Below, piece after piece: positions 56,467-64,000 of a DNA stretch of 64,000 nucleotides. The notes under the pieces were generated by a model. It ran no database searches, had not been told where the DNA came from, and worked only from the letters and a program-made list of their open reading frames with translations. Position 1 is the stretch's first letter; every line of letters begins with the position of its first letter. Made by a program: the position numbers and the translations under genes. The stretch covers positions 15,691 to 79,690 of the forward strand of contig JAJTCQ010000002.1 in the NCBI GenBank assembly GCA_021323315.1, written 5' to 3'. This DNA comes from Gaiellaceae bacterium (GTDB taxonomy: Bacteria; Actinomycetota; Thermoleophilia; Gaiellales; Gaiellaceae).

Positions 56467-56630
56467 TCGGCCTCGTGACCCCGAGTCGGCGGCCAACTCG
56501 CGTGCGGCGCCTGAACCTCCGTCTGGCAGAGGCCGAAAGCTTCAATGCGGACCACGATCTCGCCCGCGCCGGGCAAGTGGCTTCTCTTCGAGCTCGAGTG
56601 GTCGAAGTCGTGTACGACCGCGGCCTGCAT
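56463..56630 (-). pseudogene. 55-codon N-terminal remnant of a zinc-dependent alcohol dehydrogenase
   Basis: Product MQAAVVHDFDH...PGAGEIVVRIEAFGLCQTEVQAPHASWPPTRGHEAD* resembles the MDR/ADH N-terminus (MKAAVVHEFG...GEVLVKIEACGVCHTDLHA...GHEG). It stops where the convergent 94-aa gene ends. Confidence 0.5.
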
Positions 56631-56666
56631 CGTTTTCTACCGTCCCCGGGTATTATGGAGCGCGCT

Positions 56667-57821
56667 TCAGTGGGTCGAGCCGCCCTTCGGGTTGCCGACC
56701 TTGAGCAGGCCGACCTGACCGAGGTCGACGTCGGCGAACGCGTGGCTCACGAACGGGTACAGGCCGACGTCGTCGACCTTCACGTCGAAGACTGCGCCGC
56801 CCCCGGCGGGCACGACGACCGTCTGGACGCCGCGCTGCGGTGGGCTCTTCAGGTCGGAGTTAACCCACGCGCGGTCGAAGATCGTGCCGACGACGTGGAA
56901 GTTCACGTTGTTCGTCGGCCCGGCGGCGACGACCCAGAAGCGCGTGGTCTCACCCGGGTCCGCCGTGAGGGGGTGCGTGACGTACTGGTTGGCATAGCCG
57001 TTGAACGTCACCCAGTCGGCGAGGCGAGTGCGAGCCTTATTCATATCGAGTGACGCGGGCTCGGAGACGCCGTCCCCGTTCAGGTACCACTCGCTGCCGA
57101 CCAGGACGTACTCGTTGTCCGCAGCCGGCATGCCCTCCTTCGGCTGGACGATGATCGCGCCGTACATCCCGTTCGCGATATGCGCGAGGACCGGCTTCGT
57201 GCCGCAGTGATACATGTAGACGCCCGGGTCGTTCGCGCGGAAGCGGAACGTGAACGACTCGCCCGGAGCCACGTCCTTGAAGGCGATGTTCGGCGCGATG
57301 CGCGCCGCGTGGAAGTCGATCGAGTGCGGGATCGCACCGCCGTTCGTGAGCGTCATCTCGACCATCTGCCCTTCGCGCACGTGCACGACGGGGCCGGGCG
57401 CTCCGTGGCCGTCGAAGGCCCAGGTGTTGTACCTCACACCCGGAGCGATCTCGACGACCATGTCCTTCAGAGTCATGTGCACCTTCACGAGCTCGCCGGC
57501 CGGCACGGGCGGCAGGACGGCGCTCGTCGCCTCGTGCGCCAATGCGAGCTCCTCGGCGTTTTCGCCGGTCGTGCCCGCGAAGCTCTGCAGCGGCAGGCTC
57601 ACGTTGCTCTCGGCCTGATGCGCTGACTGATCGGTGGTCCCTGCGGCTATCGCCGCTTCGTCCCGCGCGTCGTCGGCCTCCTTCACCAAGACGACGGAGA
57701 CGATCGCAAGGATGGCGACGGCGAGGCCGAGGAAGACGGCGAGGATCATGTAGCCCACGCCACCCCCTCCCCCGTGCGTCTTGCGGGCTGCGTAGCGGTC
57801 GGATGCTTGATAGGTCGTCAC
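56667..57821 (-). CDS. nirK: copper-containing nitrite reductase (NirK)-like two-domain multicopper protein, N-terminally membrane-anchored
   Basis: GTG 57821 lies 9 nt after GAGGAGG. TM helix MILAVFLGLAVAILAIVSVVLV. Copper-ligand motifs HSIDFHA, YMYHCGTKPVLAHIANGMYG, NFHVVG. Confidence 0.75.
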   Translation of the reverse strand: MTTYQASDRYAARKTHGGGGGVGYMILAVFLGLAVAILAIVSVVLVKEADDARDEAAIAAGTTDQSAHQAESNVSLPLQSFAGTTGENAEELALAHEATSAVLPPVPAGELVKVHMTLKDMVVEIAPGVRYNTWAFDGHGAPGPVVHVREGQMVEMTLTNGGAIPHSIDFHAARIAPNIAFKDVAPGESFTFRFRANDPGVYMYHCGTKPVLAHIANGMYGAIIVQPKEGMPAADNEYVLVGSEWYLNGDGVSEPASLDMNKARTRLADWVTFNGYANQYVTHPLTADPGETTRFWVVAAGPTNNVNFHVVGTIFDRAWVNSDLKSPPQRGVQTVVVPAGGGAVFDVKVDDVGLYPFVSHAFADVDLGQVGLLKVGNPKGGSTH

Positions 57822-57996
57822 TGCGTGATTCCTCCTCGACGTCGTGGTGTCCGTGAGCACCGTACGACCGGCCCCCCGCGAGCTCATCCGGCCGTTCTCT
57901 GAAGCGGCCTGCGGCATTCCCGCAGATGCGGCCGCGTTCTCACTGATCCCAGCGCCTTGGAGGCGTGACAAGGTCGTCACAGGAAGGAGGTGTGAG

Positions 57997-58272
57997 ATGT
58001 CAACCGTTTCGCACCCGCCGACAGGAGCTGATCAGGTACGCGGCCTGTCGTCGCTGCTCCTCATCAGGGAGATGTGGGCATCGCTCGCGATCTCTGCGAT
58101 GTGGGTAGCCGTCGCCGTGAGCGCAGTGTGGGGACCGGACTTCGTCTCCTCCAGCGGATCGGGGACGGACAGCACGACCATCCCATCGGGGATCGCCGTG
58201 GCGATGTTCGCGTCCATCGGCTCATGGGCAGTCGCGAAGTACGCCTTCGGTCGAGCACGAGAGGGTCAGTGA
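57997..58272 (+). CDS. hypothetical small membrane protein (2 TM helices)
   Basis: ATG 57997 preceded by GGAAGGAGG. 91 aa with two hydrophobic helices. Confidence 0.5.
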   Translation: MSTVSHPPTGADQVRGLSSLLLIREMWASLAISAMWVAVAVSAVWGPDFVSSSGSGTDSTTIPSGIAVAMFASIGSWAVAKYAFGRAREGQ

Positions 58273-58300
58273 ACCAACACCTGAGGGAAGGAGGTGTGAG

Positions 58301-58546
58301 ATGACAACGCTTTCGCCCGTCTTCAATGCACCGAGGCACCCAGAGCCGGTGGAGGGAGCACGGACGTGGGAGTACCTGGTCGTTCCTCTTCAGGAGGCAA
58401 AGGGGCTGGGAAAGGCCGACGACCCGTGGGCACCCGACCAGCTCAACGAGCTCGGGGCGCATGGCTGGGAGGCCGTTGGCCTGTCGCTCAAGTACGGCGA
58501 TTTCACCGCCTGGCCGGTCGTCTTGCTCAAGCGAATGCTGCACTGA
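58301..58546 (+). CDS. DUF4177-domain protein
   Basis: 81 aa. WEYLVVPL...LNELGAHGWEAVGL pattern. Same GGAAGGAGGTGTGAGATG leader as the preceding gene. Confidence 0.65.
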   Translation: MTTLSPVFNAPRHPEPVEGARTWEYLVVPLQEAKGLGKADDPWAPDQLNELGAHGWEAVGLSLKYGDFTAWPVVLLKRMLH

Positions 58547-58561
58547 GCATCGACGCAGGTC

Positions 58562-58603
58562 GCGGGGAGGGCCTCCTCCGAAAGCGGCCCTCCCCGCTGC
58601 TTT
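58562..58603 (+). terminator. rho-independent-type terminator
   Basis: 12-bp perfect stem GCGGGGAGGGCC-N12-GGCCCTCCCCGC, followed by TGCTTT. Confidence 0.6.
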
Positions 58604-58670
58604 ACTCAGTCGTCTCGCGAGCGAGCGCGCGCGATGACCGAGACCGCTCGAGCACGACTACGATCGGCTG

Positions 58671-59582
58671 ATGACCGCTGCGCCGGCGATCGAGACCGCG
58701 GCGCTCTCGAAGACCTACGCCGGTGGGGTCCGAGCTCTCGCTGACCTCGACCTGCGGGTCGAACGGGGAGAGGTGTTCGCCTTTCTCGGTCCGAACGGCG
58801 CCGGCAAGAGCACGACGATCAGGCTCCTGCTCGATCTCATCCGACCCACAGCGGGGAGAGCTTGGATCCTCGGGTACGACTGTCGTACCGACAGCGTGGA
58901 GACGAGACGTCGTGTTGGTTACATGCCTGGCGATCTCCGCCTGTTCGACCGGTTGACAGGTCGAGAGCAGCTCGACTCGCTCGCCCGACTTCGCGGATCG
59001 GTCGACTCGGCGTGGCGTCGAACGCTGAGCGAGCGATTCGCAGTCGTGCTCGATCGACCCATCCGAGAACTGTCGAGGGGCAATCGGCAGAAGCTCGGGA
59101 TCGTGCAGGCGTTCATGCATCGTCCGCCCGTGCTCGTACTGGATGAGCCGACGAGCGGTCTCGATCCGCTCCTGCAAGGGGAGTTCCGGACGCTGCTGCA
59201 CGAGACGGTCGCCGGAGGCGCATCCGTCTTCCTGTCATCGCACTCGCTCGACGAGGTCCAGCACGTCGCTGATCGGGTGGCCATCATCCGGAGCGGCAGG
59301 CTCACGGACGTCGACTCGGTCGAGCGGTTGCGGGGACGCTCGCTCCGACACGTAACGGTCACGTTCTCCCAGCCTGCCGACCCGCATGCGTTTGCGAGTC
59401 TCGAGGGAGTGCGTGTGGTCGGAGTCGAGGGTGTAGTCGTTCGGCTCTCGGCGCCCGTCGCGGCGATGGACGCAGTCGTCAAGGCTGCCGCGCGCCATCG
59501 ACTCGTCGATCTCGTGTCCGCGCCTGCCGACCTCGAGGAGATCTTCCTCGAGCTCTACCGGGAGGAAGACGATCGAGCTTGA
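58671..59582 (+). CDS. ABC transporter ATP-binding protein (ABC-2 / DrrA-like)
   Basis: Walker A GPNGAGKST, signature LSRGNRQK, Walker B VLVLDEPTSGLD. Confidence 0.9.
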   Translation: MTAAPAIETAALSKTYAGGVRALADLDLRVERGEVFAFLGPNGAGKSTTIRLLLDLIRPTAGRAWILGYDCRTDSVETRRRVGYMPGDLRLFDRLTGREQLDSLARLRGSVDSAWRRTLSERFAVVLDRPIRELSRGNRQKLGIVQAFMHRPPVLVLDEPTSGLDPLLQGEFRTLLHETVAGGASVFLSSHSLDEVQHVADRVAIIRSGRLTDVDSVERLRGRSLRHVTVTFSQPADPHAFASLEGVRVVGVEGVVVRLSAPVAAMDAVVKAAARHRLVDLVSAPADLEEIFLELYREEDDRA

Positions 59583-59598
59583 GCCTTTCAGGCGCGGC

Positions 59599-60375
59599 CT
59601 GAGCGACCACCGGCGCGCGCTCCTGGGCTGGTGCGGCGGCATCGCCGTCTACGTCGTCCTGCTCGCGGCCATCTTCCCGTCGATCGAGGGGTCGCCTGAG
59701 CTCAGCAACCTCCTGGAGAACTACCCGGAGGCGCTGAAGGCGCTCTTCGGGATCACGGGTGCCGTCGACATCACTCGAGGAAGCGGCTTCGTCGACACGG
59801 AGCTGTTCAGCTTCATGCTGCCGTTGCTCGCGATCGCGCTCGCAATCGGGTCGGGTGCGCGTACGCTCGCCGGCGAGGAGGAGGCCGGGCGACTCGAGCT
59901 CGTGCTGTCGTATCCCGTCCCGCGCCGTCGAGCCGTCGCCGCCAAAGCTGCCGCGGTCGCAGTTGAGGTTGCGGCGTTCTGTGCGACCGCGTATGCGGCG
60001 CTCGCGCTCGCGAGTCAGGTGTTCGGCCTCGGCCTGCCGCCGGGACGACTCGCCGGTGGGCTTCTGAGCGTCTTTCTCCTCGCGCTTCTGCATGGATGGC
60101 TTGCAGTCGGCACCGGAGCCGCCACGCCGAGCCGCGCGCTCGCGATCGGAGTGCCGGCTGCAGCCGCGGCCGCGGCATACCTCGTCGGTGGCCTACACGG
60201 GCTGGCTGGATGGCTCGATCCCTTCCGCTTCGTCTCGAGCTTCTGGTGGGCCGGGCAGGCCCCGCTCTCCAGCGGCGTCGAGTATGCGCATCTTCTCGTT
60301 CTCGTGCTTGCCACAGCGGCCGCGCTCACCGCCGCGCTGGTGCTGATCGGGCGCCGTGACCTCGACACGGCGTGA
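59599..60375 (+). CDS. ABC-2-type transporter permease; start codon unresolved
   Basis: The open frame runs from 59356 with family-like N-terminal sequence (PFRRGLSDHRRALLGWCGGIAVYVVLLAAIFPSIEG). There is no ATG/GTG/TTG before ATG 59815. The first candidate is CTG 59599. Confidence 0.65.
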   Translation: MSDHRRALLGWCGGIAVYVVLLAAIFPSIEGSPELSNLLENYPEALKALFGITGAVDITRGSGFVDTELFSFMLPLLAIALAIGSGARTLAGEEEAGRLELVLSYPVPRRRAVAAKAAAVAVEVAAFCATAYAALALASQVFGLGLPPGRLAGGLLSVFLLALLHGWLAVGTGAATPSRALAIGVPAAAAAAAYLVGGLHGLAGWLDPFRFVSSFWWAGQAPLSSGVEYAHLLVLVLATAAALTAALVLIGRRDLDTA

Positions 60376-60405
60376 TACTCCGCTTGACCTGAAACGCCTC
60401 CGCGG

Positions 60406-60861
60406 TCACGCCGTGGCTGCACTGCTCGCGGCACGCGCGCCGACGCTCAGATGCACTGGCACCTCGAGTGCCGATTCGACGAGGCAGCGCTCGTGGGCGA
60501 GGTCGGCGACGTGCTCTGCGACGCGCTCGTATCCGGGATCGGTCTCGATCTCGACGTCGAGCTCGAAGAGCATGAAGCGGTAGCGGTCATCCTTTCGCTG
60601 CACGTGGCCGGTGGCGTCCACGCGGAGCGCCCCGAGCGGCATGCCCTGTGCTTCCGCGATCGCAACGACTGTTCGCTCGAAGCATGCCGCCAGGGCTCCA
60701 GTCAGCAGCTCCTCCGGGCTCCAGACGCCCTCGAGCCCATTCCTGAACTCGGGCGGGTTTGCGATGCGGAGCACCGGCTTTCCAGGCGCTTCGAGCGAGA
60801 GCCCCTGCGCGCCCTGATACCGCGTCCGAACGCCGTAGCGATGCACTTTCACGATGCTCAT
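60406..60861 (-). CDS. OsmC-family peroxiredoxin-like protein
   Basis: 151 aa. The two conserved Cys contexts are present: ALAACFE and HERCLV. Confidence 0.85.
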   Translation of the reverse strand: MSIVKVHRYGVRTRYQGAQGLSLEAPGKPVLRIANPPEFRNGLEGVWSPEELLTGALAACFERTVVAIAEAQGMPLGALRVDATGHVQRKDDRYRFMLFELDVEIETDPGYERVAEHVADLAHERCLVESALEVPVHLSVGARAASSAATA

Positions 60862-60907
60862 GTCGACCTCCTTGCGCCGAGCATCGCGCCAAGACGGAGC
60901 GGGAGCA

Positions 60908-61513
60908 TCAGGGTGTGGGCTGACGGCCTTGCGGATTCACCGCATCCGCACGGCTCCGTCGCACCGTGAAGCCGGACCGGATCCGGTTGACGCGGGAGCG
61001 CAGGTCCTCCGACGGCAACTCTGGATTCAGGAGCGGGCTGACGGTGAAGTCGCGCACGAGCCGCATGCAGGCGACCGCGGCGGCCGGGTCGAGGGCCAGT
61101 CCCTCGTCGCCGAGGTCCGAAGCCAGCGCGTCCAGATCCTGCGCCGCAGCTCGGACGCGCGTCTCGACGGCCGGGGCAGGCTGCGCGACAACGCCGCGGA
61201 TCAGCGCAGAGAACGTTCGCCGTCTCTCCATCGTGGCCTCCCTGGACGCATACGCCAGCACCTCGGGGATCACGTAGGCGTCGCGTTCCCACGAGAGCCG
61301 ATCGACGAGATCCCACCTCCGCCAGAGTGCCCTGATTCCGAGCACGCCGGACCACACTCCGCCGGCGTACAGCGGCAGTGCGAGTCCTGCGCGAACTCGC
61401 GTCGCGAGCAGTGCAAGACCGAGCGCGAAGGCCGCGAGGCCGAGCCTCTCCCACTCCTCGTGACGGAAGTCCCGAAGATGAACTTCAGCTTCATCGACGG
61501 CTCTCGCATACAT
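60908..61513 (-). CDS. hypothetical membrane protein (2 TM helices)
   Basis: ATG 61513 chosen (alternatives 61549 and 61594). TM segments LGLAAFALGLALLATRV and LPLYAGGVWSGVLGI. I recognise no family. Confidence 0.45.
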   Translation of the reverse strand: MYARAVDEAEVHLRDFRHEEWERLGLAAFALGLALLATRVRAGLALPLYAGGVWSGVLGIRALWRRWDLVDRLSWERDAYVIPEVLAYASREATMERRRTFSALIRGVVAQPAPAVETRVRAAAQDLDALASDLGDEGLALDPAAAVACMRLVRDFTVSPLLNPELPSEDLRSRVNRIRSGFTVRRSRADAVNPQGRQPTP

Positions 61514-61702
61514 GGAGCGAACTCTCCGCGCCCGGCCGTCCACACGCATCCGTGCCTGTGCGCAGGGACTCGCGGCTTTCCCGCAAAGAAGCACCGCAAC
61601 AGTCCGGAGCGCTTCGGACGGGTTTCGATCCGTAGAAAGCCGCTGTCGAAGCGTGGGCTCGCCCGGCTGCCGTCACCCTTGCCGCGACCTACGGTCTCGG
61701 CG

Positions 61703-62581
61703 ATGAGACGAATCGTCGCGATTTCGGGCATATTCCTCGCGGCTGCCCTGACGCTCCTGATGGCAGACATCGGTGCGACTGGAACGTCCTTCTCCGGTCC
61801 GTACCAGAACGGGCTGATCGCCTTCGCCCGTTGCTGCGGGCCCGAGACCGGGATCTACCTCATCCGGCCGGACGGCAGAGGCGAGAGGCGGCTCTTCGCA
61901 CCGCTGGGGGACGACGCGCCATTGGATCCGGCCTGGTCACCGGGAGGTGAGCACATCGCGCTCGTCCCCGGTGGTCGGCGGAGCGGAGTGTGGGTGATGC
62001 GAGGCACCGGGAAGGATCAGCGCAGGATCACGGCGGGGACAGGCGACGCGCTTCACCCGGGCTGGTCGCCCGACGGCCGGTGGATGGTCTTCTCCGATAT
62101 CGGGAGCTCGCGGTCCGGCTTCCACGACGTCTATCTCGTCCGCAGGAACGGCTCAGGGCTGAAGCGATTGACCCGCGCGCCTGCCGACGAGCTCATGCCG
62201 GCCTGGGCGCCGAACGGCCGCGAGATCGTCTATGGCAGGGATCGTGACCTCTGGCGGATGAACGCCGACGGCAGCGGTCAACGTCGGCTTACCCCGAATG
62301 CAAGTTCACCTTCGTGGTCACCGGGTGGGACGCACATCGCGTTCATCCGCGGTGGCGACCCGTGGGTGATGGCGAGAGATGGGACCGGCGCGAACCGTGT
62401 CGCCGACATGCGACAACAGGGGGCCGTTGCCTGGTCGCCGGACGGGCGCTGGCTCGTGACGGCTCCGTTCGACCGCGGCGACCTGACGCTCGTCCGCGCC
62501 GACGGCTCGCAGACCCGACCCCTGACCGGCAAGAGCGGCTACGGACACTCCTGGCCGTCGTGGCAGCGTCGTCCGTCGTAG
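61703..62581 (+). CDS. secreted TolB-like beta-propeller (PD40 repeat) protein
   Basis: ATG 61703. Signal peptide. Repeated WSPDGRW / WSPGG / WAPNGRE motifs. Confidence 0.8.
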   Translation: MRRIVAISGIFLAAALTLLMADIGATGTSFSGPYQNGLIAFARCCGPETGIYLIRPDGRGERRLFAPLGDDAPLDPAWSPGGEHIALVPGGRRSGVWVMRGTGKDQRRITAGTGDALHPGWSPDGRWMVFSDIGSSRSGFHDVYLVRRNGSGLKRLTRAPADELMPAWAPNGREIVYGRDRDLWRMNADGSGQRRLTPNASSPSWSPGGTHIAFIRGGDPWVMARDGTGANRVADMRQQGAVAWSPDGRWLVTAPFDRGDLTLVRADGSQTRPLTGKSGYGHSWPSWQRRPS

Positions 62582-62595
62582 CCCGTCGACGGAGG

Positions 62596-64000
62596 ATGCG
62601 CGACACTTCGGCCCTGCCGGCGACGCTGCGTACCGAGGTTCGACCGATCGACCCGCACCGTCTCGGGCCGCTGATCGGCGCGGAGCGGCTCGAGGCGCTC
62701 CTGCAGACCGCCACCGACGTGAGACGACGCCTCGGCGCCCGCCGGATCGTGAACGTCAACTCGACGGCGACCGGCGGCGGCGTCGCCGAGATGCTCGCCA
62801 CGCTCCTCGGCTATGCGCGCGGCGTCGGCATCGAGGCCGAGTGGCTCGTCATCGAAGGAGGGCCGGAGTTCTTCGAGGTCACGAAGCGCGTCCACAACGG
62901 CCTCTATGGCTCGCCAGGCGACGGTGGCCAGCTCGGCCCGCGCGAGCGCGCGATCTACGAGCGGACGGCGGTGGCGAACATCCAAGCGATCCGCGCCGAG
63001 ATTCGGCCGGGGGACGTCGTCATCGTCCACGATCCTCAGCCGGCCGGCCTGATCGGCCCACTGATCGAGCACGGCGCCTCGGTCGTCTGGCGCTGTCACG
63101 TGGGGTACGACGGCATGAACGAGTGGACGGAGCGCGCGTGGGCGTTCATACGGCCCTACGTCGAGAGCGCACAGGGACACGTGTTTTCTCGGGAGCTGTT
63201 CGCTCCAACGTGGATCGAGCGCTCACGCATGAGAGCCATCCCCCCTTCGATCGATCCCTTCACGCCCAAGAACACCGAGCTCGAGCCTGCCGAAGTGGAG
63301 GGGCTGCTCGGCGCGGCGGGACTCCTCGCAGTGGACCACCAGCCGACCCGTCCACGTGTGACGCGGCGTGCAGAGATCATCCGCGAAGGAGGTCCACCCG
63401 AGTCGAACGTTCCCCTCGTCATCCAGGTGTCGAGGTGGGATCGGATGAAGGACATGGTCGGAGTGCTCGAGGGCTTCGTCGCCCATGTCGACAGCCCGGC
63501 GCACCTCGTCCTCGCAGGTCCGGCCGTGATGGGCGTCAGCGACGACCCGGAGGGAGAGGAAGTCTGGGACGAGACGTGCGCGGCCTGGTCGCGCCTCCCT
63601 CTGGTGGCCCGCTCTCGAGTGGATCTGGCTGCGATCCCGATGGCCGACCCGGTCGAGAACGCGCTTGTGGTCAACGCTCTTCAGCGCCATGCCAGCGTCG
63701 TCGTGCAGAAGAGTCTCGCCGAGGGCTTCGGGCTCACCGTCGCGGAGGCGATGTGGAAGTCGCGGCCCGTGGTGGCGAGCGCCGTCGGCGGGATCGTCGA
63801 CCAGGTCCTGGACGGCGAGACCGGCCTCCTCGTTCAGGACCCGCACGACCTCGCCGCGCTCGGCGCGGCCGTCCAACGGCTGCTCGACGACCCGGAGGAG
63901 GCCGCGCGACTGGCGCGGAACGCTCGCGATCACATCGCCGAGCACTTCCTGGGCGACCGCCATCTGCTGCAGTACGCGGAGCTCTTGACCGAGCTTCTCC
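62596..64000 (+). CDS. trehalose-synthase-type (TreT-like) GT4 glycosyltransferase, 3' end outside the window
   Basis: Translated by eye; not in the ORF track because no stop lies in the window. Motifs VNVNSTATGGGVAEML, RWDRMKD, QKSLAEGFGLTVAEAMWK. Confidence 0.75.
   Translation, partial: MRDTSALPATLRTEVRPIDPHRLGPLIGAERLEALLQTATDVRRRLGARRIVNVNSTATGGGVAEMLATLLGYARGVGIEAEWLVIEGGPEFFEVTKRVHNGLYGSPGDGGQLGPRERAIYERTAVANIQAIRAEIRPGDVVIVHDPQPAGLIGPLIEHGASVVWRCHVGYDGMNEWTERAWAFIRPYVESAQGHVFSRELFAPTWIERSRMRAIPPSIDPFTPKNTELEPAEVEGLLGAAGLLAVDHQPTRPRVTRRAEIIREGGPPESNVPLVIQVSRWDRMKDMVGVLEGFVAHVDSPAHLVLAGPAVMGVSDDPEGEEVWDETCAAWSRLPLVARSRVDLAAIPMADPVENALVVNALQRHASVVVQKSLAEGFGLTVAEAMWKSRPVVASAVGGIVDQVLDGETGLLVQDPHDLAALGAAVQRLLDDPEEAARLARNARDHIAEHFLGDRHLLQYAELLTELL

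Noticed and set aside
59585-59590. prfB-like programmed frameshift site (CTT T..) at the ABC-2 permease 5' end.
   Set aside because: The sequence is CTT TCA, not CTT TGA. The SD-like GGAGG is ~17 nt upstream rather than 3. The required shift is -1, for which CCU re-pairing is poor. An indel or a CTG start is more parsimonious.
1-64000. Search for tRNA/rRNA genes, IS elements, integrases, toxin-antitoxin pairs and known defence genes.
   Set aside because: No T-loop/acceptor-like tRNA structures were noticed in the few intergenic gaps. No transposase, integrase, Cas or restriction-like motifs appear in any ORF. The window looks like core/accessory chromosome rather than a mobile island. Small RNAs cannot be excluded by eye.

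Overview
High-GC (about 70%) chromosomal segment, most likely from an actinobacterium, possibly Thermoleophilia-like. That taxonomic guess rests only on gene content and codon style. Coding density is very high: I support about 65 protein-coding genes, many joined by ATGA/GTGA/CTGA start-stop overlaps. I found no rRNA, tRNA, CRISPR array, transposase, integrase or prophage genes.

Gene content is mixed housekeeping and accessory metabolism:
- Transporters: MMPL, two MFS, ChrA, AI-2E, MATE, an ABC-2 pair.
- A LacI-controlled beta-glycoside block: a GH1 beta-glucosidase plus an 11-gene Opp-type ABC / GH130 phosphorylase operon that ends in an ornithine-cyclodeaminase-like and a PLP-dehydratase-like gene.
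- DNA-repair genes: Ku, PolX-PHP, two tandem YcaQ/AlkZ-family glycosylases.
- An ECF sigma factor with a fused C-terminal domain.
- A TPR-adenylate cyclase.
- A NirK-like copper nitrite reductase.
- Glycogen/trehalose-related enzymes.
- A divergent FtsH-like protease module.

I did not find a recognisable defence or mobile system. The strongest candidates for undescribed biology are:
1. Ku paired divergently with a PolX whose polymerase motif is degenerate while its PHP domain is intact.
2. A three-gene module: a 4-TM FtsH-like protease with large AAA insertions, a membrane-anchored unknown protein, and a small HExxH protein.
3. A triplicated gene-junction repeat at 47.7-48.0 kb whose oldest copy differs only at synonymous positions.
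4. Several gene remnants and genes without canonical start codons.

All family calls come from motif recognition by eye. No database search was run.
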